From assembly GCF_025526975.1 (NCBI RefSeq), contig NW_026515669.1:744001-808000 (forward strand): a stretch of 64,000 nucleotides of DNA, given 5' to 3'. The notes under the pieces were generated by a model. It ran no database searches, was not told the origin of the DNA, and worked only from the letters and a program-made list of their open reading frames with translations. Source of the DNA: Fimicolochytrium jonesii. Its lineage: Eukaryota. A program made the translations under genes and the position numbers. Positions 12,979 through 24,697 of the stretch are shown here, in pieces; the stretch's first letter is position 1; every line of letters starts with the position of its first letter.

Positions 12979-14551
12979 GCAGCTATACCCCACTTAAAAA
13001 TGGAGCACGGCGGGGCACCCTTCTGCTGAAGTTCACAGGATGTGACCAGCACGGCGTCAAGACCTATCCGACTCGGAGTCCTCGATGCTCGTCTCCGGGC
13101 ATTGCGCTGCTTGCAGGCTATCTGTCGAGCCGCTTTTGGAACGCGAGAAGGCGAGATGAGATGCATGGATTCTGGGAGCCGAGTGGAGTCACATTTACGG
13201 AGACAGTGCCGCGGGACACGGTAGAAGTCAGACAGAAACGGCAGCCCAAGGGACGGAGATGAGTGGCGGGTCACCGTCTCTGGCGACTAACACGGCTGAG
13301 GGAGCTTGGTTAAGTTGCTGGTTCCGGAAGCTGTGAACATTCCCATGGCACTGGAAACGACCACAAGCGTTTGCACAAGGCAACCAGGAACACTGTCTTA
13401 CTGGTTGTTGCGACTCTAATTGCAGCGGTACGATATAGCCTGCCGCTGCCATAGCCGACAGGAGCATGTTACCACGAGCTGGACATGATCTACGGTAGCT
13501 GGGCATACCCTACGTTCCAGCAAACCGTCAGGGTGAACTCTAGGGTCTGGCCACCTATTGTACATGCCCATCTCCGCCTGCGCAGAGAACGCACTGGCGG
13601 CTTCAGGAATACCGCCGGGGCTTTATCAATGTCTAAGTCCACTTTGTTCCTTTGCGATCTGAACGGATCTGAGCTTTGAAACTATTCGGAACAGCGAAAT
13701 CGACTCAGAGCGCTCGGGATGTCAATCCTTAACTCGCAGGATGATCTCGCAATTGAGTGCCTTTCGCTGGGCGTCTAGTGGACCACGGCAAAAGCCATCG
13801 CATTCTTTTCCTTGACAGCGGTGCCTATGAGGGCAGACTTTGTACCGTCGGGATGTATGGACACCGGCGGTTCGCCTAAGGCGGGGATGCTCTCCGCTTT
13901 GTATCAGATCTTCTTCACCTATGATTGGTCAGGACTGAAAGTGGCATCAACTGTACGGGATATGCACGACGGTTGAGTACCGTGGCTACTGCGGAAGAAC
14001 CCCAACCTTATTCTCAGTCCGCTGCACGAATGTCAACGATGATTAGGTGAGCTACCTGCCGTTCCCTCCTGTGCGCCTCTCCCGCCGCGCTGCGGAAGGA
14101 TGGACAAGTAGCCGCTTCCGCTGCACAAAGTCCCGGGACCAGGAGAAGGCTAGGTTGCATTCCAACCTGTCAGGCTCTTTCGCATGGAATGCCTCGTTGA
14201 TGGCTAATCGCTAACATCAAAATCTACGCCCGGACCACAGAGATGCAATGCCGCAGCCAATGACTTTTATATAAATGCACTACACAAAGACTACGAATAA
14301 TGTTAGGGATGCTGATGTTCGATGCGAAAAATGCAGGTCTCTGATGCGGGTCTCTAGGTCCACATCCATGCTAGAACCTCGCGGGGAAGATGATGGAAGA
14401 GATGATGCAAATCCCGAAGCATAAATATGTAGCTATCTACAGCAAAATTGTCGAGTACTAAGTCTCAATAAAAACATGTCGAGGATATATCGATGGATGC
14501 GGACCGAATCAAAATAGATCTCCTGGCCCTGCCATTGCGATCTCGTGGGCG

Positions 14552-15444
14552 TCATTGCTGAATGGTATCTCGTGCTGCAGGAAACGTACAGAAGTGATAG
14601 TGAGCCGGACAATCCCACAACTGACTGAAGTCCGGAATGCAAACACGTACCCCGTCATGACCATCTTCAAACTGTAAGACCTCAATGTAGTCATCTTCTG
14701 CAAGGTCAATAGCGCAAATGTCGTCTAGAAGGTTGTCAAACTCGTCTCGGCCTTCCCCGTTCACGTCGTCGATGAGTATGACACGGTCCTGTCCCATCAT
14801 AATGTCTTCGTCAGAGTCTTCGACGTCGATCTCGAGCTCCGCCTGGAGGAGCATCTCGCGTTCCTCGCTAGGCAGGGAATCCAGGTACTGCATTCGGCGG
14901 ACGATTTCTAACTGCTCTCTTCGTATCTGGGCGTCGAGCTGGTGGAAAGCGTCTCGTTTTAGCCTTTGAAGGCGCTGGCGATCTTTCGCCCCGATATTCC
15001 CATTTCTCCGCTTCTTGAAGGGGACTGTGGCCGTGCGAGGCCCATAATTTGATTTTCTCCTGTTGTTGTTGGTGTACACGGCGGCGTTTGTCTTGGCCTT
15101 CTGTTCAAGTGAGACAGATCAGAATGAGAATGACAATGAAGACATAGAGTAGACGGGCAGTCATAACAAACAGAGAGACAGCAAGTACGTACCGTGGTGG
15201 TTTTATGTACTCTTGCCAACTTGCTAATAGATACTTTTTTGGGGGGACCAGACTCTCTGGCTCTCCCGTCCGCACCAAGGTTTGTGGAAACCGGTGTCCC
15301 AGGGGCGACTAAAGGGTATCGTTTGAACTTTGCAAACCCATTCGTAGCAGGCGAACAACGTCGCATTGTTTTTGGCGAGGCGGTGAAGGTCAGACTGTGA
15401 CAACGACCTCCATTGCAAGACCTTGGGGAGTTTCTCACACTCAT
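14552..15444 (-). CDS. Orphan two-exon protein (about 266 aa), basic N-terminal half and acidic C-terminal half
   Basis: Exon 15444-15193 (84 codons), GTACGT donor at 15192, pyrimidine-rich intron ending TTGAACAG at 15101, exon 15100-14552 joining in frame. Confidence 0.6.
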
Positions 15445-17391
15445 TTTCGGAGAGGAATCAAATTCGAAAGGGAGAATCGTAGTGTTGATTCGTGAGTTGC
15501 GGTTTCTATGAGCTGCCGGTGTCGTAAGTGAGCGGCAGCTTCCGCAGAGTTCAGTCCTTCACGTAGGATGAACTTTCCTCAGCCGTGAGATTTGGAGTTC
15601 GCACCAAGACGTTATGCCGGCTACCAGCACTAACGTCGTCCAGTCAAGGCAGCGCAGGGATCGTGGCAGGTGCTCTCACTGTAATAGAGATTGGTCTCCG
15701 CTCTTCGAGTGGGTAGGTCGGTCAAAAGCCAAACACAAGGACTCGTAGCGGCGATAGATAAAGGGAGCGATCTGTCGTGGCGAAGCGAGGAATGCTGATA
15801 CGTTTGTCGTTTTTCGTTCGTTTCCTGCAGACTGTATTTCTCTGACCTCGTGCCGTCTGCTCTATAACATGCGCAGACAGCGTTGGCAATATATATATAT
15901 TTAAGATACTGTATAATGTAGAGTGGGACCAAAAAGGGGGTGCGTGTGGAGGGCTGTGTGGGATGGGAAGAGGGTGGAAACGTCGTTGGGCGGGGAGCGT
16001 TTTCTTGTTCTGTGAATCTGAAGAAGTCCTTGGGTCCTGTGGATGTGCGCCCTTGGATCATTTTCATCATCATTTGCCAACCATCCCCCGTCCGCCAAAC
16101 AATTCGATTGATCCAAAGCCGTGGGACGCGGGAACCCGTCAAGCTGTCATTTCCTGCTTGCGACAACTACTACGTACATACGACAACTGGCATCTATGTA
16201 CGTGCAATTGGGCTATCCACCCGAACGGCTTGAAATGTGATCTACGTAACAAAGAGGCGACCACATAGGGTGTTGCGAGTGCTATGAAGGTTTGCCTCGG
16301 CCGTATGGCGGCCGCTGGGGGCAATTGGAGCACCTGGTCGCACGTCCAGCAAAGAGAGGGGGTTATTGTTCCACTGTATGTTTTGCCAGCGTATTCCACT
16401 TCGAGAACGTGAAGATGTTCTACCTCGTTCATTGTCTGCACCATACTGCACTGTTATGGTCTCTACTCGATGTTTTGGGGCTTCTGTTCAGGTACAGCCA
16501 AATTGGATGCCGAAATGGAAAGAATAGAATCTGTTGACAGAAAAGGTTCAATGAACCAAAGGACTGTTTCTGCATGGCGTTTGGAACTGCAAAGAAGAGC
16601 ATTTCTGCAGGCTCTATGTGGTAAATGGAATGTACGTGCTGATTGCACATCACTACGGTCGAAGCTTTGCCTCACATCCCCTTATTACGTGCAAATACCT
16701 ATTGAATTTTCATTATGTATCACAAGTGACTTTCTAGTCGCATTCCAGCTCAAGATCTGCGCCAATCGCTTCCGGCCAATGCATACAGCATGTCCGTCCC
16801 GGCTGCATCACTGACGTCGTACGAGCATTCTTTTGGCTGTCACTCAGCACCACGCACAGCGAGTTGGTTTGAGAAGTCGCTGACAAAGGGGACCCCATAT
16901 CAGCTCTCTGCTGGTAGCGGCAAGGTCCTTTTCCGTCTTGTGAACCCTTACTCTGGCTCCGCATTGCTAGAGAGAGCTCGTTCAAAGAATTGGACACCCT
17001 TACGGTCTCCACACCCCCAAACGGGGCCTCTCCTGCAGATTAGCCTCTGCTAGTCACCACATGAGATTGATTTCCCCTGCCTGGGGCCCCAGGGGAAAGA
17101 GGAGAAAGCTGTTCAACATATGAGAAGCGCGGTCGCGCGTGCTCGTCGTAACGCCTGTCGACTCGCACGACGCACTGCCAGTGTCCGTCCCGTTCGAGGA
17201 GGGTCTATGGTTCAATTCTGAAAGCGACGCTGGGAACGCAACAGAAGAGACTCTCACTCGACGATCTCGGTCTCCACAGTGGCACGATCTCATAGGGAGC
17301 GGGCGGGAAGGCCGCCCAGGGCACTCTGCACACCGACTGGGACGAAGACTTCTCACTGCGCACACCGAAGCTCTCGGGGCAATGCCGGACC

Positions 17392-20300
17392 ATGCGCAGA
17401 GGGCGGGAAGGGGACGAGGAGCACAGGGGCCGAGCAACAATGATGGGGGACGGAACGGCACGGGTGGTTCGCGGATAGCAGGCCAGCATGTTTCCTACGG
17501 CTCGTCCAACTCACATGCCGGTCCCCCGATAAATGGAATTTCCCAACGATTCAGTGCACTGTACGAAGACGCCCTTCAAACGCTGCTTACTGCAACGGCC
17601 GAGGGTGGAGTGACGTCGATGGCCGGTAAGTGGATGTTCGTCGAAAATGTCGCATTCGCGGAGTGGCTGAAACCCACAATAGGCGTGTCAAGTTCCGCTC
17701 CAGGTGCCCTGCCTCCGCCTCCACACGTCGCGAGTATCCAGACCGTAAGTGGCCGACTCATAACAAAGGCATTTGTGGTGTCAGTCGAGGAAATTAAGAA
17801 ACCAAAAGCAGAAGCACAGGTCTACAACCAACCTCAGGTGGGCATCAAACGGGGAGATGGCAAACATTCAGATGGTCAGACTCACATATCGTCTCCACTT
17901 CCAGGCACAGGCACGTGATGCTGGGCCTAGCGATTCTCCAATGCCTGAACGCCCGAGATCTCCGTCTTCGTACGATTCGAGGAAAGATTCCTCTCGTCCT
18001 GCGTCGACGAGTTACGGGGACAGACGAGAACGCGATGTCAGGGTCCACGAAAGAGCACATCCAGGCGCCTGCCAATCATCGACTATAGGGATTCACGAAA
18101 GGGCAAACCCGGTTGACTCCGGTCAGCTACGGCCCTCGCAACCTGCATCACAACCTAGCAGTAGAGAAGGTAGAACTCACGACATCTGGACTGCCCACAG
18201 AGAGAGAAGGCCATCCGATTCAACAACTTGGCGAGATGAAAGCCGAACTTTCAGCGCTTCGAATGCTGACAGGGAGCGAAGGTCCTCCGATACATCCGCT
18301 CGGCGAGATGATCGCCGAATCCCGGGTGCACCGACGGGGGAAAGAGAGAGAAAACTCTCCGGTCCATCAGCATGGGGATGTCATAGCCGAACTCCCAGCG
18401 CATCGTCTGCAGACAGGGGCAGAGGGACTTCATCATCGTGGCGAAATGGAAACTCTTCATCAACATGGCGAGATGAACAACGACCTTCAAACACATCTGT
18501 TGCGGACAGATGGAGAGGTGCTTCACGCAGCAAGGAAGAGAACGGACGAAATTATGGCACATTGACTGCGGACAGAGGGAGAAGGAGCTCCCTACCGATC
18601 AAAAATGAAGGATGGCGGAGTTACGGCACATCAGTTGTGAACAGAGGGAGGGAGATTTCTCCACCCACTAGGAGACAGGAACGAGCAACTTATAGTATAT
18701 CGACTACGGACAGAAGGAGAGGGATTTCTCCACCATTCAGGGAAGAGGACAGGTCAGATCACTACACATCGATTGTGGACAGAGGGAGAGGGGGTCCCAC
18801 CCCCATGAGAAGAGTGGGGATTCCAACGCTCAGCACCTCAACTCAGAGTTGCACTCACAAACCGGTCGGCGATGGTAGATCTAAACCTTCTCCTTCACAA
18901 ACCTCCTTCTCCGTTCCCTCGAGAAAAAGGAAGGAACAAATCCATCGACAAGTTGATACCCCAAACGCACCGCCTGCCAAGATGCGGAGAGTTGAGCTTG
19001 GACCAATTGATACCCCAACCGCTCCGCCTCCCAAGATGCGGAAAGTTGAGCTTGAACATCCAGCACCTGCAAATGTTCGAAAGGCAGACGCTGCCCCGTT
19101 TCTGCCCGCGATCGACACCGATAAGTGTGCGAGAAATTACATACAGAGGCAATTGGATCTCCGGAAGTATGAGGCTATTCTCTCAAATCCTTTCAGTAGC
19201 ATCATCTTTAGGAACTCAGAGGAGACGACGCGGGAAGGGGGACCGTCTCCTCACGTTGTTCCCCCATCTTCTACTGCGCAGCAACCAACCCAGGGAGTTG
19301 CTTCTTCAACCCCGCTGTCTACACAGTCTGCATGTGATTCCTTGACGCCAATGACGTTCTTGAGCACGCGAACGGCATCCTCAGCTCCTGTATCCAGGGT
19401 GCCCAACTTAGCAGCTACCAATCATTTTTCCGTCAAACCTGGGGCAACATCGTCGACGACGGCTCAGGATGTTTTTGGCGCGGGAGGAACATCGCGCCGC
19501 AGTTCAGTGATGCAAGAACTAGGTCCACCTATTTCCGGTAGCACGATATCGGTAGCGCAGCGAACCTCGCACGCGGGTCTTCGCGCAACGTACCTTGCTC
19601 AGTCTGGCCTGCCGGGGCCTCCAACCTCATCTGATGCCGGACTGGTCTCCAGGCCCATAAATTCAAATCGCGGTGAAGGCTCATCAGTACAATCGGGAAA
19701 CATGAGCGTAACGCCGTCAACTACGGCCGCAGCTCCGCTAGTTTCCGGCGCATTTTGGAACTCATCTGTCCTTGAAGAAGGATTGGAAGCAACATGGAAA
19801 GTGCTTGGTAGCGACAAACCTCAGCCCGAAATCCCCAGGGGCTCACGGAGTGGGATTCTCGCTCCCGGACTTGCTCGACCTGAGACCCGCAATGAACAGC
19901 GGAATGGGCCGGTTCGTCGCGAAGATCCTCGGTCCAGAACGTCAAGTGGCTCCTCACGGAGTGGAGCTCTTGACCCTGAGCTCGCCCGGCCCTCTATATC
20001 CGGTGGCCTACGGAATGAGGCTATGGTAGGCCAAGTTCCGCGCCCGAACACTGTTGATGTCTCACGGAACGAACCAATCGTTCATCACGCAGTCCATCCC
20101 AAAGCCCCTAGCGGAGCGCGGAATACGGCAGTGACTCGCGACAATGCCCGTCCGCAAGCTTCTAATAGCTTACGGAATGCACCTGTCGTCCGTCAGGCTC
20201 ATCATCCAGAAGCTTCCAATGGTGCACGAAATCCGCCCGCCGTCCACAAAAATGGTCGTGCAGCTCCCGCTGGCCCGCGAAATTTCGCAGCCGTCCCTCA

Positions 20301-22475
20301 AGTTGCTCGCCCTAAACCTGCCGATGCGGCGAGGCCTCGGTTGACCGTTTCTATGGCAGAGTCGACCTCCGGCAAAGCTTACTTGCAGGCGCATTCAGGG
20401 TCTCATTACATCTGCCATACCGTTCATGAACCACAGCGACCGATTGCGTCCCCGAAGTCATTTTCAGTTCCCATGGTCATGGAGGCTGTACCCACAACCA
20501 ACTCGACGGCGCGAAGCGCTCCATCTCTCCCCAACGAGCGGGCCAATGCAGGTTCAAATCCACCTAATTTGGCGCATCCGAAACAGCGTGTTACGTTTGC
20601 GCCAAACAAGCCTGGACGACAGCGACCTGGAACCTCCGTTCCGTATAGCTGTCGACCTCAGAAACAAAAAGCTTTGCCTCTGTCACAGGTCCTGGCACAC
20701 AGCATACAAGCTGCAGCAACGACTACCGCTTCCGGGCAGCGTCCGACGGCAGGGCCGGAAAAAATCCACACCATAGCACCGAGTGCGGAAAATGTGCACA
20801 AAGGTGTAAGCAACCGTTCAGCAAGGCCGTCACGTCCAGGTATCATGAGTACGAACAGCGGATGGATTGTCAAGGATGCTTCTCCAGTTGCCACATCCTC
20901 AACTTCTGCGAAGAGTAACGGTCTCGCTTTGGATAGACTCAGGAATTATAGCTCGCCAAGTTCGTCCAGCACGAGCTTCCTGCCTTCGGGCCTCAGAGAC
21001 ATGTCTCCACCTTCCGACAGTGAATCGAGTGCGATGCCACCGGGCGCAAACGGGGCTAGAACTGACCAAGGATCGACATCAGTCAAAGATGTAGGTCGGT
21101 CGGAAGGCGCAATTGCGTCACCGCAGGCTTCAAGCGGGGATGGGGTTCAGCCTGCAAGATCTCAGGAGCGCGCCACCTCGCCGAGTATTGCGCCTGCGGC
21201 CAGTAACGAAAGCATGCAGGTCAAATCCCGCACCCCCGCACCAAAGCAAGGCAAGCACAAACAACCTCCCCCGGGGCGGAAACCTGTCAAGGGCAAGACT
21301 CTCCCGGATGAACTTGATGATGCGGTTCGCGTGGCAGCCCGGCAAATGGAGGAGGCGTATGCGCGGCAAGTGCAGGAACGTCTGGCACCCATACAAGCGG
21401 TGCAACTCCAATGCCAGGAGGATTTGACGGATATTGCGTTGTCAGCAAGATCCGTTCAGCGAAGGTATTTACGTCCGGTTTTATGTATATTCGCGTTGCA
21501 TCGACGCCGGTTAACACTCTTTCTCCTAGGGCGAATGACTTGCGTCTGCGGTTTTTGGAACTGGAGGAGAAACGGATCAAAGAAGGTGGATATACGTCCC
21601 ACTAGATGTTGTCCTATTCTTTCATTAACAGCTGGCTTCTTCGGCCCAATATTCAGGAACGCATCCAGATCATGATGTTCGTGTGAAGGAGCTGGTGGCT
21701 GCAAGGGAAGCCAAACTGAAGGTCGCAGCAAACCGACTGCGTCTATCCATCATTAGTTTCCAAACTCAGTTCAAAGCCGCGGAGGACATTGCGGCTGCTG
21801 ATTTCGTGGTATGTATTGTGTAGGTTTTTTTTTCTTGTACTCGGGCGCCGCTTGTTCATATTTGTTGTTCTCTAAAAGACTCGTCGGCGCACTGTCCGCA
21901 GAAAAATGCTTGTTTACCAAGCTGCTCAGAAGCAGCGCCTCATAGCGAACCACAACCGGTCACTCGTTCCGAATCCAGGTATTTCACACTAGGAGTAGAA
22001 AGCAAGGTTCGCATAGCATTTATTTGCCTTCCCCTTGCCAGTGCCGACCCTAGCTCTGACACCCAAACAAGTGTATGAAAAGCGACTGTCACGAACGGTC
22101 CAAGCATGGGAGTCTGCGCCGGATTGGCTTCAAAAACGTTTGAGCAGCAGTCGGAAGGAGATCCTGGCTGGCAGGGTACGTTTCCGAGCCCTATTGGATA
22201 TCAGGTCAACTGTGGACCTTGGGCATCTAACTTCCGCCTCTAACATCGCTTTCCAGATGCATATACCCGCTTTCCCTCAGGGCTTGGAAGACCACGAAAT
22301 CGACCAAGATCTGAGTTTCATCAGGATGCTGACTGCAGGATCGCAATCCGAATCTTCTCCGGGAAGCCAACATTTTGAACCATCCACCAGCAGTGAAATC
22401 ATAAATATCTCTTCAACACCCGAGCCGATGGACATCGACACCCCTTCATTGCCATCCGATGCCATCAACCGTTGA
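17392..22475 (+). CDS. Large disordered repeat-rich protein with C-terminal Sds3/Dep1-like domain (Sin3-Rpd3L HDAC subunit-like)
   Basis: Exons about 17392-17837, 17905-21464, 21530-21585, 21657-21808, 21879-21978, 22042-22475. The splice gives EDLTDIALSARSVQRRANDLRLRFLELEEKRIKEGTHPDHDVRVKELVAAREAKLKVAANRLRLSIISFQTQFKAAEDIAAADFVTRRRTVRRKML...GLEDHEIDQDLSFIR. Start codon uncertain. Confidence 0.6.
18190..18800 (+). repeat. Degenerate coding tandem repeat, about 9 units of roughly 66-72 bp (ADRGR/DRERR core)
   Basis: Recurring GACAG(A/G)GG(G/C)AG motif, translating as ADRERR, ADRGRG, ADRWRG, ADRGRR, VNRGRE, TDRRRG, VDRGRG. Confidence 0.75.
18952..19059 (+). repeat. 54-bp tandem duplication within the CDS
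   Basis: VDTPNAPPAKMRRVELGP / IDTPTAPPPKMRKVELEH; the DNA copies are nearly identical. Confidence 0.85.
19843..20325 (+). repeat. Degenerate coding tandem repeat, about 9 units of roughly 54 bp (18 aa; xRN...RP)
   Basis: SRSGILAPGLARP, SRSGALDPELARP, LRNEAMVGQVPRP, SRNEPIVHHAVHP, ARNTAVTRDNARP, LRNAPVVRQAHHP, PRNFAAVPQVARP. Confidence 0.7.
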
Positions 22476-23026
22476 ATAATCTGTCCGTTTGGTCCCTCCC
22501 GTATATTATATGGTTGTAGCTTTTTGGTTGATCCTCTTTTCCTGCTTCTGTACATACATTGCCCATTTTGTTTCCTGACTCGTTCATCCCTGGCGTAATG
22601 TACATGTGTCTGACGGTGTAAAACATTGGCCGTTGTCCCCACAAAATCGTAGCGGATCGGGGCTTTATCCATAGCTGATTGAAGAACCGTGAGCAAGCAT
22701 CAGATTACTTCAGGGAGTTGCAAGATCTGCCTGCATGCCAGCCGACCTAGCGATCTGCGGACGACCTTTTGACCGTCCTGAGCCTCGTGCACTCTGGGCG
22801 GACATTCTTTCGCGGTACCCTTCACAGGAACTCGATCCAGTGAGTACCGGCGGGTTTGACAGCGCGTAACCCGGAACTGTCAAAATCGCAGACATTGGAC
22901 TGGAAAACCCCGACAAGAGGCAAAAAGCATTGACGATTTTGAGAGGTCGGACCCACTCTACATGGGGAATCTAGAGTAAAACTGCCATGGTATCCTATCA
23001 GCAGGTGGCATCACTGGCCCTCAAGC

Positions 23027-24697
23027 TTAGCACTCGGCCGGGAGAGGGATGTCTCGAACCCATTTACCGTCACTACATGTAGCTTGGGACTCGAGTGAGT
23101 TCGCCAACGTGTTCAGATACGGATGCGCTAAGGCTTGAGATGCTGTCATGCGTTCGGCCGGATCGTAGCGTAGCAGCTTTTCCACTAGATCCACCAACAA
23201 CAAGTTCCCAGAGTACGCGGAGAACTGGCAAAGGGGCCCAAGTTGCGTGCGCTTTGTCCTATTGCCAAAAGGACATTGATGATGATGAGCGAACACGGAC
23301 ACGCCTGATTTGGAGTGACATTAGAACAAATGTCCGCCAAACCTTGAGAGTTCCACGACCTCTTGCATTCCTGTAGCCAAGCTGAAGTCATGTTTGTTCA
23401 AGTATTTACGAAGATCGGCGCCTCCAAGTATGTCGACAATGCGGCGAAGCTGTTCAACGTTACCCTCCCCACAGAAGAATACATTCACCTCAAACAACTG
23501 CATGTCACGCTTTCAGAACGATGTCCCTATGGTTGTTGCAGTGAAAGAAAACAGGAGCTCACCACCGCAGCCATGATGCATCCAAAGCTCCACATGTCGA
23601 AGGAACAGTCGTACTGGCGATTACCCAGCAGCACTTCAGGCGGTCGATAGACACCCGTTCCAATCTGAAGCTTGTAGCTGCCCTCAGGTACGTAAGACTC
23701 TGCCAGACCCCAGTCAATCAAATGTAGTTCCCGTGTCTTGGTGTTTATCAGGATGTTCTCTGCGAGCGCCGCAGTCAAAGAGGATAAGATTTACTAGGCT
23801 CTTCGTAACTGGTCTACATCACGCCTTACCGGGCTTAACATCGCGATGAATAATGTCTTTGGAGTGAGCAAACTCTAATGCCTTGCAGAGTTGATAGCTG
23901 TAGAAGCAACGATCTTCGGGAGTGAGCTTGCCCTCCATTGCTGCCCAATTTGTGATTGACACATTGTCGAACACCATGATGGGTAGGGACGACTATGCGG
24001 CAACAAGCGTTAGAAGAACACTCATACGCCAGTCCCGAAGGTCCAACGCACCATGCCGTCGATGAATGCACCATGAAACTCTAGGGAGTACAGAATCAGA
24101 GTTGCCACACAGGCGAAGCGGCCCTCAAAAGCCGGAGGTACTTACGTATGATGTTGGGCCCTCCCCGGAGCTTGTTCAGCATAAAGATTTCCCTCTTCAC
24201 TTTCCCCGAGCAACCAGCTCGGATCGCTTTTAACGCGTAAGACTTCCGACCACTTCGGTGGAGTGCGGCGTAGACGATACTGCTGGCGCCATACCCGAGA
24301 ATAGACGTTCTTCTGTACGCGGATCCATCACTATTCAAGGCAGGAGATCAGAGACGACAATATGGGGAGCACTGCAGAGTAGAGATGAGAGCGCCTACCA
24401 CCAATTGACGATGCTCGATTGCCAATCAATCGACGGGGTTTCGAGGTCCGCTTTCTTCCTGGGACCCCATCCCTCTTGAGGCTCCCAGGTTGACGAAGTC
24501 AAAGTGGGATTGCTGAACGCCCTCCGAACGGGCTTGACGATATCTTCAGGGGAAATCTCTGCAGCTTGGAAAGTCCATGTGCTTTTCGCTTTGGTGGCGA
24601 GTGGAGATCCTTGCTTCTCCTTTGCGCGAGACATCTTGGGGGATGAGTCAGCACTTTTTGGGCAACCCCCAAACCGGGATATCAAATGCAAAAACAT
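23027..24697 (-). CDS. Divergent casein kinase 2 alpha-like Ser/Thr kinase; multi-exon
   Basis: [72 protein letters not shown]2-type [66 protein letters not shown]. Confidence 0.85.

Noticed and set aside
12834..14430. Short ORFs in the 1.6 kb upstream of OAT
   Set aside because: The frames I translated contain frequent stops and no recognisable transposase, RT or RNA-gene motif.
15900..17050. Fragmented minus-strand ORFs (for example MVQTMNEVEHLHVLEVEYAGKTYSG)
   Set aside because: Possibly a decayed gene, but I could not build a consistent model or recognise a family.
21465..21675. C-terminus of the 1300-aa ORF as given in the ORF track
   Set aside because: It reads through introns; the spliced version gives the Sds3/Dep1-like domain instead.
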